Below, piece after piece: positions 21,478-31,804 of a stretch of 39,916 bases of DNA. Every line of letters starts with the position of its first letter. Positions within the stretch are counted from its first letter, which is position 1. The DNA is taken from assembly GCA_001600695.1 (NCBI GenBank), contig BCKQ01000002.1, forward strand, positions 1,980,935 to 2,020,850, written 5' to 3'. The notes below the pieces were generated by a model. That model saw only the letters and a program-made list of their open reading frames with translations. It was not told the origin of the DNA and did no database searches. Source of the DNA: Ascoidea asiatica JCM 7603 (Eukaryota > Fungi > Ascomycota). Made by a program: the position numbers and the translations under genes.

Positions 21478-24366
21478 TCATAAATTCTCCTGATTCAATT
21501 CAGATAACAACCACGTTCTCCATAATTCACCAGCATCGCTTATTATATCTTCAATATCAGTGAAATTTTTATCAATTATATTCATTGGGAAAGGAGTAAA
21601 TTTGGACACAGGTTTACAGTATTTCTTTGTACCTATAATTAAATCTTCTTCACTGTTGAGAAAACCATTAGTATATAACGGATTACTACGTGTGGATTTA
21701 ACTTTATGCTTTACTCTTTTACTTGAAAATGGAGATGTGTAATTCAAATATTCTTTAATTTCAGATTCTTCTAATTCTAACAAAACATTTTCTTTTGATT
21801 TTAGCATTGACAAACAAATAAAAATGATTTCAGCATGAGGATCAATCTGAGAAAATGGAATATCGTAATGAATCTTTGAAGAAGTCAAAGTTGAATTACT
21901 TAAATTTTTTGAAGCCAGATCTTTTATTGAATTATCAATTTTTGTATGAATAGTAGCAGAATTTGTCTGATTGGTTTTTGATTTATGAGTATTGTTAATT
22001 TGGGTATGAAAATTATTGTTAGATGATGACTTTAAAGATAAATTAGATAATAATGTTGTTATTGAATTTCTATGGCCAGAATTGTAATTAATTTGATTAT
22101 TTCCATTAAAGTTTGTATTATCAGTAAAATTATCTTTATTGTTGGAATAATTATTACTCTGTATTTCATTATTCAATTCTTCTTCTGGAGCTAATGAATT
22201 CCACCAAAAATTATTAGGGCCTAAGGATTTTAATAATTCTTCATCATTTATGAAATCTATGAAAGGATTTGAATTTTCTATTTTTGTTGAATTTTGATTT
22301 GGATTTGGATTTTTACTATCACTTGACAATAAAGAATCAGAAGAATTTGATAGCTTAGAAGAAGAACTGGAATTAATAGAAGAAGAAGTTCTAATTTTTG
22401 TTAGATTATTAGTTAAATTGAAGTTAGAATTATCAGAAGATGAAGATCTTGAAGAGAATGAAGAATGTGAAGCATATGAAGAATAAAAAGATTCAGGTCT
22501 CCAAGATAATAAAATATCCCAAATTCTACCTCTATCAAATTTATTAAAAACTTTTGAACCTGACCATTTTAACCAATATAATAACCATTCATTATTTGTA
22601 TTACCAGAACTATTATTATAGAATATATTTTCTTCTTTTAAATAATTTGTTAATTCTGGTAACATATGACTAGTTAAATAAAGAAAAAAAGAAATTCTAT
22701 CATCAATCGAACCACCTTTTATTGGTAAAGTTGTGATTGAATTTATAAATTCAGTTGTTTTATTAGTTTCAGTTTTTTGTAAATTATTTGAATTGATTTT
22801 TTTAGACTGATTTTCATTATCTATTTTAATTTCAATTTTAGATTTATTATTTGTATCTTCATTAATTGTATGATCATATTCATTATCATTTTCATCTTCT
22901 TCCTCATCATCATATTCATCTTCTTCATCATCATCTTCTTCTTCTTCATCTTCATCCTCGGGTGGAGGAGAATGTAAAACAACTAAAACTAATCTTTCAT
23001 AAATTTCGGAGAATGATAATTGTTTTTTTTGTTTTTGTTTATCATTATTTTCAATATTATTATTATTATTATTATTATTAATATTATTTACATTGAAAAT
23101 AGAATTATTTAATTGTTGAAATTCATTATAATAGTAAGAAATATCTTTAATATCATTTGAGAAATTATCTAAGAAGTTTGGAAAATAAGAATTGAATTCA
23201 TTGAATGAATTTATTAAACAACTATTTTCATTTAAATTTGGATCATTAAAGAATAGATTATTTAAATTTGAATTAGAACTTATATTTGAATTTGAAGATG
23301 AATTTGAGTTTGAATTTGATGAGGAAGATGAAGAAGAAGTTGAGGCAGAAGTGGATGTAGAAGTTGAATAAGATATATTTGAATTTAATGAATTATTAGT
23401 TAAATAACTTGAATTTGATAAAGAGTTTAAAGAATTATTTGATAATTTATCATTAATTTTATCATTAAATTTATAATTTTGATTATTTATAATATTAGAT
23501 TGATTATTTATAATATTTTGATTATTTAATTGAAAAAAATTAGGAATATAAGTGGATTTTAAATTTAAAGGTATATATTTTTGAAAATTTTTTAAATTTA
23601 TATCTTTACCTAATAAAACATAATTACTATTAGATGTTAAATTTGTAGTATTACTAGATGTAAATGGAGAAATCCATTCAGCTAAAGATAAAGCTAACCA
23701 AGATAAACCAGATTCATATTTGAATATTCTACCCCATTTTTTTAAGAATTTAATTATTGAATATTCTAAGATTTTAAAAAATTTGATTTCTATAGTTGAA
23801 GATAAATTAGAATATGAGTTATTATTGGTATTATTACTGGAAGTATTATTGTTGTTATTATGATTATTTAAAAATAAATTTTTTCTTTGATATTTTAATA
23901 GATCTGATTTAATTTTGTCAATTGGAATTATATAATTATCTTTATCTTTATCTTTTTTATTATCATTTTGGATATTTTTTCGGTTATTTTCGTTGTTATT
24001 GTTATTGTCGTTTTCTTCATCATCATCGTCATCGTCGTCATCATCATCATCATCGTCGTCGTCTTCTTCTTCATCTTCAGTATCATGATAATTTGGATTA
24101 ATATAAGGATCTTTAACAAAAGGATGATTTTTTAATAATAAAGGCCAAATTTTAAATCTTAAAAAGGGAGGTAAACCTTTTTGTCTTGCAATTAAAGCTA
24201 AAGCATCAATATTATTATCATTAATGTATTTATAACATAGTTTGATTAAATTGAAATCATTTAAGATTGTTGAATTATTTACATTACTTGAAGTATTTAT
24301 GTTATTTGATTGATTGGAAGCGAATGAATTATATGAATTTTGAGAAGAATTATCAGGTATTACCAT
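21478..24366 (-). CDS. OCA5: Oca5 (TBC-like domain protein)
   Basis: LALIARQKGLPPFLRFKIWPLLLKNHP, FLKKWGRIFKYESGLSWLALSLAEW, FSEIYERLVLVVLHSP, LPELTNYLKEE, DRGRIWDILLSWRP, AGELWRTWL. Confidence 0.9.
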   Translation of the reverse strand: MVIPDNSSQNSYNSFASNQSNNINTSSNVNNSTILNDFNLIKLCYKYINDNNIDALALIARQKGLPPFLRFKIWPLLLKNHPFVKDPYINPNYHDTEDEEEDDDDDDDDDDDDDDDEENDNNNNNENNRKNIQNDNKKDKDKDNYIIPIDKIKSDLLKYQRKNLFLNNHNNNNNTSSNNTNNNSYSNLSSTIEIKFFKILEYSIIKFLKKWGRIFKYESGLSWLALSLAEWISPFTSSNTTNLTSNSNYVLLGKDINLKNFQKYIPLNLKSTYIPNFFQLNNQNIINNQSNIINNQNYKFNDKINDKLSNNSLNSLSNSSYLTNNSLNSNISYSTSTSTSASTSSSSSSSNSNSNSSSNSNISSNSNLNNLFFNDPNLNENSCLINSFNEFNSYFPNFLDNFSNDIKDISYYYNEFQQLNNSIFNVNNINNNNNNNNIENNDKQKQKKQLSFSEIYERLVLVVLHSPPPEDEDEEEEDDDEEDEYDDEEEDENDNEYDHTINEDTNNKSKIEIKIDNENQSKKINSNNLQKTETNKTTEFINSITTLPIKGGSIDDRISFFLYLTSHMLPELTNYLKEENIFYNNSSGNTNNEWLLYWLKWSGSKVFNKFDRGRIWDILLSWRPESFYSSYASHSSFSSRSSSSDNSNFNLTNNLTKIRTSSSINSSSSSKLSNSSDSLLSSDSKNPNPNQNSTKIENSNPFIDFINDEELLKSLGPNNFWWNSLAPEEELNNEIQSNNYSNNKDNFTDNTNFNGNNQINYNSGHRNSITTLLSNLSLKSSSNNNFHTQINNTHKSKTNQTNSATIHTKIDNSIKDLASKNLSNSTLTSSKIHYDIPFSQIDPHAEIIFICLSMLKSKENVLLELEESEIKEYLNYTSPFSSKRVKHKVKSTRSNPLYTNGFLNSEEDLIIGTKKYCKPVSKFTPFPMNIIDKNFTDIEDIISDAGELWRTWLLSELNQENL

Positions 24367-25861
24367 TTTTAATTAAATTGATTATATTGACTGTGTGAAT
24401 AAACGAATTTATGAAAATGTTATATTGTAGTATGATTATAAATTATAATATAATTTTATTATAATATTAGTTGATTATATTATTAAAAAGTTTTCAATAA
24501 TTTTTATATATTAATTAACATTTCTTTAATAATAATTTGGATAATGATATAAATGATATAAATGATATGAATGAAAAAATGGATTTAATAAGAAATAGAA
24601 TACAATAATGAAAAATTATTTTAAATATATAGAATAATATAATATGATATAATATAATGTTGATTTGCGTTAAAGCGAAATAAAATTTTAAAATGATTGA
24701 ATTTAGATAAAATTTAAAGAGGAGTATCAAATCAAGTAACCAGTCAGACTAGGAATAAATTGAATAAATAATAGAAGTAATTTTTTTATATTTTTAAAAT
24801 AAAATCTTCTAAATGTTTGGATTCTTTGAAAATTGATTAATAGAAAAAAAAAAAAAAAGGTGGATTGATTTGATTTAGAATTGAGTAGAATTTATTGAAT
24901 GTTTTTTTGTATAAAATTGTCTTGAGACTCTTCCTCAGTTTAAGTGAAGGTCTTGAGACTCGTGAGACTTTCTGTTAGCTAGTCTCGAGAGACACCGAGA
25001 GACAAACGCTGCCAGACTCAGCAAGCTCGCGGGGCACGGGACCAGCACGGGACCAGCCACGAGACTCAGCACCGGATCGAGCAGTGGCTCCAGCGAGTGC
25101 ATTCCACATGCAGACCCGTGACGGTGGAAATAGCCGGAAGTTGCTAGTTTGTGGCGTATTATAGCGGATTTTTTGGATTTCTCTGAGACATGTGATGTCA
25201 GTAGGAGAACCCCTGCAGGAGCGTCAATTGAGGCTGCATCTGAATGCACTTTATGAGTTTTGCATAGGAGAAAAACAATGCTGGCCAATCAGACGTCTTT
25301 CCGGACTTTTCCTTGAGCATTATGTTTTGCCCCCACCAAAAACAATTGAGAAGAAACGGTAGACCTTATCCGGATTCCTGTTTAGAAAGGGAGCCGCGGC
25401 CAGTTTTGTGGGTTTCAAATGTGTTTGGTGTCCCAAATATAAAATATATAGGACGCGCCTCAAGACAGTGGAAAATGTCCCGAATCTTAAATTTGCTACC
25501 ACAAAACTCATCTTCTACGTTAGCTACAATTGGTTAACTACAGTTGGTTAACAGAGTCGACTTTGCAATGAATATAATATAATATAATACTGAATAAGAT
25601 TAACTTCCTAGTGAAGATTGAATAACAAAGACTAAGAATATAATACTGATCACAAAGGAAAAGAATTGAAAGGTAAGACTAGGTCTGCAAAAATCCATGG
25701 AAGAAGAATTGAATTTACCCTAAAAAACGTTAAAATTTCATCAATTTTGATATTCACTTTTTTTTTCATTTTACTTAAACTTTTTTTAATCACTATTAAT
25801 CAAATTGAATTTGATTTGATTTGGTTTAATTTAATTTATTTTCATTTCACTTCACTTCACT

Positions 25862-27349
25862 TCACTGTATTTTCTTTTCAGTTTCAAGTCTTGCAATTCT
25901 CATTGTTGCTAATAAATTATTAGCTGCATTAGAATGTTGATAAATATCTCCAAAAAATCCATTAGTTGCATCTTTACCAACTAAATTAGTTAATAATACT
26001 TTACCACCTGGATGTTCATTAATAAATAATGAAATATCATATATTATATTTGAAATTATAATTAATTTTAAAGAATTTTTATCATCATTTTTATTTTTAT
26101 TTATTTTACAATTTTCAAAAAAATATTCAATTGACCAAATTGGTAATTCATTTATATCTTTACCCCAATTTAAATTTAATTTAACTTCATTTAATTTTTT
26201 TAAATTTTGTTGATATAATCCTTGTTTAATAATATTTTCTGAACATTTTTTTAAATCTTTTGATAATCCAATTTTATATGTTAAATATATAAAACATTTT
26301 GTTGGATCATATTGATACCATTTTAATGCATTTCTATAATCTGAAGGAAATTCATGATGAAAATTATGATAACCTTCTCCAAATGTAACTAATGCTGTTA
26401 AAAAATGATCTCTTGGTGTTCTTCTATCATCAAATGGTTGAACTCCGATCCAATGAGCTAATGAATTAACACAAAATGTACATTGTTGTATAAAAAATGT
26501 TTTAAAAATTCCTGCAATTAAAAATCCTCCAATATAATCATTCCAAAAAAAACCTGAGATTAAACATGGTAAAAGAACTGAACTTAAAAACATAATTTTT
26601 AAAAAATGTCTATGTTGAAATCTAACAATCCAATCATTATTTAAATCATTAATATCAATTCTTACTTTATATTTTGGATTTGAATATGTTAAGAACCATC
26701 CCATATGAGAATACCAAAATCCATTTCTTGCATTATATGGATCTTTTTTTGTATCTGTAAATCTATGATGAATTCTATGATGATGTGACCACCATTTTAT
26801 TGAACCTTGTACAGCACCTGCACCAAAAAATGCATAAAATAATCTTAAAGAATAATGACAATTATAAGATTTATGAGCCCATAATCTATGATATCCTGCA
26901 GTTATTGAAATTCCACTTAATATATATAAAGTTATTGATAAAATTATTGTATTTAAATAAATTTTTTTTAATATAAAAAAGCTTAAAAATGAAATAAATG
27001 GTAAAATTATTGTAACAATGATATTAATCCAATTAAAATGATAAATGAAATTTTTAAAAGTTATTGGTTCTTCAGATATATGTTTTTTATTTAAATATTT
27101 TAATTTCTCTAATTTATCTTTTTTTAATAATTCAACTAATGATGTTCTTGGTGGAGGTATTTTTTGAGATATTTTTGTTTTTATATTTACTTCTGTGTCT
27201 GTATTTGGATTTGGATTTGTATTTGTATTTTCAATTATATTTCTATTTATATTTGAATTTGTATTTGAATTTGTATTTGATAAATTAATAGTTCCTGTGG
27301 CTATTTCATTTGCTTTTTTAATATCTATAAATTCTATTGAGGTTGACAT
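25862..27349 (-). CDS. OLE1: Delta-9 acyl-CoA desaturase with C-terminal cytochrome b5 domain
   Basis: His boxes ITAGYHRLWAH, HRIHHRFTDT, GEGYHNFHHEFPSDYRN; cytochrome b5 HPGG and HSNAANNLLATMR. Confidence 0.96.
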   Translation of the reverse strand: MSTSIEFIDIKKANEIATGTINLSNTNSNTNSNINRNIIENTNTNPNPNTDTEVNIKTKISQKIPPPRTSLVELLKKDKLEKLKYLNKKHISEEPITFKNFIYHFNWINIIVTIILPFISFLSFFILKKIYLNTIILSITLYILSGISITAGYHRLWAHKSYNCHYSLRLFYAFFGAGAVQGSIKWWSHHHRIHHRFTDTKKDPYNARNGFWYSHMGWFLTYSNPKYKVRIDINDLNNDWIVRFQHRHFLKIMFLSSVLLPCLISGFFWNDYIGGFLIAGIFKTFFIQQCTFCVNSLAHWIGVQPFDDRRTPRDHFLTALVTFGEGYHNFHHEFPSDYRNALKWYQYDPTKCFIYLTYKIGLSKDLKKCSENIIKQGLYQQNLKKLNEVKLNLNWGKDINELPIWSIEYFFENCKINKNKNDDKNSLKLIIISNIIYDISLFINEHPGGKVLLTNLVGKDATNGFFGDIYQHSNAANNLLATMRIARLETEKKIQ

Positions 27350-29072
27350 TTTGAAATAATTTCAAAATTATTTTCATATAAATAGATATAGAATATTTAT
27401 TATATTCAATATATTTAATATATTAATATATTAATATATCAATATATCAAAAGTTTATATGAGAATGGTGATGTATATGAAATGAAGTTGATAAGAATAT
27501 ATAATATATAATAGTTATATAATAGATATATAATAAATTATGGAAATGATTGAAAGAAATATTATGAAATTAATTTAGTTTTTATATGAATTATTTCGAT
27601 CACAAAAAAAACAAAAAGATTATATTGATAAGAGAATAAATATATTGATACGTAAATTGAATTGAAGAAATGAATTGAGAAAATGAATTAAAAAATATTT
27701 ATTTAATAAATAATAAAATAAATAATAAAATAAATGATAAAATAATTAGATAAAGGCATACTTTTAAACAGAGAAGTTAAAAAGAGATTTGAGATTTGAG
27801 ATTGAAATTTGAGAAAGAGAAAAAAAAATCAAAAAAAACAACCAAGAAATTTTGTTAAAATAAATAACATTCCCAGATTGAGAACCTGGAATTGAGGATA
27901 CTTGTTTGTACTTAATTCTTCAATGGTTGTCTCGTTGTTATTTGTTATTCGATATATTATTGTGATTAATATATTGATATATTCCTTGGAAGGAAATAAG
28001 AAATGAGAAATGAAAATTGAAGATTTCCATTCATATTCATATTAATATTCATGATTGAACTTAAATTGGTAAACTGTGAGAAAAATACATTTCTTTTAGA
28101 ATAAAATGCCAAATTTTGGTCCTGTTCTTGGAATATTTTCTGTTTTTGAATTATATTTTCAGTTCTGATTTCTGTTTTTGGTTTGGTTTTCTTTTTTGTT
28201 GTTGTTCTTTCCAAGAAAAATATCCTCAGCCTTTCCACTTTTGCATGGAAAAATTGAGCCCGAAATAGAATTCATGAGAAAAGCAGTCGCAAACACAGAA
28301 CTGTTTCTGTTGCAGCGCTGATAAATATTCCAAATAAAAAATGGTAGCATGTGACTTAAATATTTATATTTTAGGAAAACAGCCAATATCTGTTTACTTG
28401 TCCACAAATTGGTGCTGAGACACGTGTAAAACCACAAACACCTGGCGAATCAGAGCAGGGGCTGATGATAATCACACGGCTGACGGGACGGGCCAAACAC
28501 ACCCGATGCCTTCTTCCGCAGAGCTTGCAGCAAAGTCTAGAACGGTACGATCCATACGAAAAGCGGTACGAGCTTAGTGTGCTCCCAGCAAGGTGTTCCA
28601 AACAAATCCCAGACTCCGCGGGGAGTTGTTCAGCCAATAGTAGTGGCCGCCGGTTGCTTGATAGGACCCTTTCTGCTGCGCAGCTACCAGCAGCCGCAGG
28701 GACGGCGCCTTAACTACATCCGGGCTGGTTTTTTTTTACTTCCGTGGGCCAGGAAATGATTTTGGGAATGTTCCAAAAATAATCAAAAGGATATTTTGCC
28801 CACGGGTCCAGCAACGCCAAAGAATCCTCATTATACGCCACAATACTTATAAAATGCGTGCTGCGTTACTGTTGCGTTACTATTTGCGTTGCATGTTCGC
28901 TTTGTACAACAGAAGAAATATACTGTATTTAATAAATGCTATGTATTATACAGTATATTATGTATTATGTACTTTAGTATTATGTATTATGTACTTTAGT
29001 ATTTTCTTTTTGTCTGTGGTAGCAGAAAATGGTTTAAAGTCAGTCAATCAACAATAAGTCAGAAAAGCATCT

Positions 29073-31281
29073 TCACATAATTAGATTGTCAATTTGTTTG
29101 AAGTTCTGCGAAAAATCTTCATCGCAGATAATCTCAAAAACTTCTTTGTTATCTATTAATTCTTTAAAAATTACAGTTCTTTTGTCCCTAGTTTTCTGTA
29201 AAATACAAGAAAATTTAATTTTTGAAGATTCTTTCCATACTATTGAATTTTTCAAAATCTCTTTAAATTCCTTTTCAAAGTTTTGAATCTCTTCAATTGT
29301 ACATTCTAAAACTTTTTTTATTGAAAATTCACAAAAATAATCAGTAATATATTGAAGATTTTTAGAAGGAATAGAAAAAATTTTAAATCCACTATTGAAA
29401 TTCCATTTAGGATAAATTTTATTTCTAAATTCACACAAAAATGGAAGTATTTTACTAATAATATCTTTTTCTTTTTCATCTTCTGAAATAACAATATTTG
29501 GTGCAAGAATTTTAATAACATTTTTATTTTCTAAATTTCTAATAATAAATCCAGGTCTTAATAACCCTTTATTATTACGAAAAATAATTAATTTACCAAT
29601 TGAAATATCCTTTGAAAGGCTCTTTTTATCTATCATTTCTTTAATTATCTTTAATGTCAAATAATCATATCTCAAAAACTTTCCATAAATTTGACACATT
29701 AACTTTATTGGAAATTTACTTTTATTCTCTTCTTTTTCTTCTTCCTTATCCTCGTAATCTTTTTCTTTCTCAACTATGGAATTGATTTTTGCTTCAATCA
29801 TTTTTAGCTTCTTTTTTTCTTCTGAAAGTGAATAGTAAGTTTTTTTCTCTTTCAACCCATTGAAGTTTCTAGACCTAAGTCTAAATTCATTTTTCTTCTC
29901 ATTTTTAAATTTTAATAATTCTAAAGCAAGTATAGAACTTCTCTCGCAAGCATCTGAAAAATTCCAACCTATTCCAATACTTAAATATTCTTCAATATTT
30001 TCACTCTCTTTTTCATTTTTTTGCTGTTGTTTTTTTGGAAATTTAAAACATAAAACAGAATAAGGATATTCTGAATCTGAAGAATTAGTCCATTTCCTAA
30101 ACTCAATTCCATATTCATCACCAATCAGTTTTTTCAATGACTTTATTGATTTATTTTTATTAGAAATTGATGAAAATTTAATCTTCATTGAATCCAGATC
30201 AATTAAAGAAGTATAATTAATAGATAATTTTAGAAAATATTTTTCAAGTTTTTCTAAAATAATTAAAGAATTCTTCTTTGTATTCTCAATTAATTTTTCT
30301 TTAACTAATTCTCTAGTTTTATCTTTATATTCAAAAATTACTTGATTATATATTGATAAAGTTCCATTTATATATCTTGAAACTTCTTGAGCATTCTCTG
30401 TGTTGAAAGTTGATGGGGTAAAACATTCTTCAAATTCAAATTGGGGAATTAAGTTAACATCATTTATTCTTACAAATTCATTATTTTTCTTTTCAATTTT
30501 ATTGTCAGCTTCTTTTTTATTGTTTTTTTTTCCATATTCTATACTATATTCGGTTTCAAAAATTCTTACCAATTCTTCAATTGAGCTAATATTTGATAAA
30601 TTTTGATCAATTTTCATATTTTTCAATTCAAACTTCACTATCTGATCAATCCATTGAAACAAACTATTATTATCTTGAAGAATTAATGATCCAATATAAA
30701 CTTTAGAAATTATAATAATTTCTTTTTTATATTCTTCATTACTTTTCTTCTTTTCCCCATTGAGAAAATATTCAAAATTATAATATTCTCCCAAATGAAA
30801 CAAAATATTTTCATATAAAATTTGATAGAATGAAACTTCTTTTAATGCTAAACCTAAGTTAATTTCCATCAAATACAATTTAAAACACTATTAAAATATT
30901 TGTAAACAAGCTCACCTAAAGGTTTATAAAAATTTAAAATCATAGACACATACTCAGAATCATTAAGCAGAAATAATTCTTCAATTAATAACTCTTCTCT
31001 TAGCAATCTTAAGGAAGGATACTCGTTTGTAATGCAATTTTCTTTTATTTTTTTTTTTCTTTTTCAGTTTTATTATTGATTAATTTAGAGCTTAATTTTT
31101 TTAAAAGAATTTGTGTATCCTGAGGTTTTGATTGAAGAAGTTCAACAAAAGATTTTTGAATCTCATCAATATCATTATGATTGTCATATGATCTTTTTGC
31201 TTTTTCGAGATTATAGAATTTATCAAGGTACTGTTTCTTCAATAAAAACTGTTTTCTTTGGAATTTTGATTGATAAGTCAT
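29073..31281 (-). pseudogene. Pseudo-Dicer/Ski2-arch fusion, copy 2; split by two -1 frameshifts (pseudogene, recoded gene or assembly error)
   Basis: The 78-aa ORF (KQYLDKFY), an unlisted middle frame 31048-30869 (IKENCITNEYPSLRLLREELLIEELFLLNDSEYVSMILNFYKPLGELVYKYFNSVL) and the 601-aa ORF together are collinear with the 878-aa paralogue. Confidence 0.75.
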
Positions 31282-31804
31282 GATAAATGTTTAATTTTTG
31301 CCCAGTTTCAGAAAAAAAAAAAAAACTTTAGCAATTGAATAGAAAAAATATAAGTAAAGATGTAGCTCTTTTATATAAAGAAAACTCTTCTAACTATAAT
31401 CATAGTTTCAAAAGAAGATTTATATGATTTAGTTTACAAAAGTATAGAAACAAAGATAAGTTTTATAAAGGAAATCAATGACCAAGAATTATTCGGAAAA
31501 TAACAAGATTTAATTGTTTCCCATTCTGAAAGTTCAAATCTTAGAAAATAATTATAATAATTTTAAAGTTGCCTAAAACAGAAATTTATGTACAAATTTT
31601 GCAGAAAGCAAGAAAGCCCAGTTCTATGTGTGTGGCTGCACCTAGAGCCAAACACTAAACGGCTTTAAGGGCTTTCAGGACTTTGTGTTTTTGTTTTTGA
31701 AAAATTTCATTTATTCAAATCTTTCAACATACTAAGAGAAAATACTCTCTAATAAAGTGAAAATGAAATAACATATCTCAGAGAAAAAAAATTACAAAGT
31801 AAAG

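Noticed and set aside
24935-25537. ORFs in GC-rich islands (also 10911-11171 and 28159-29057)
   Set aside because: No recognisable domains, codon use unlike host genes, overlapping on both strands; expected by chance where stop codons are rarer.
28463-28483. C/D snoRNA (TGATGA...CTGA)
   Set aside because: The boxes are only ~10 nt apart, too short for a snoRNA.
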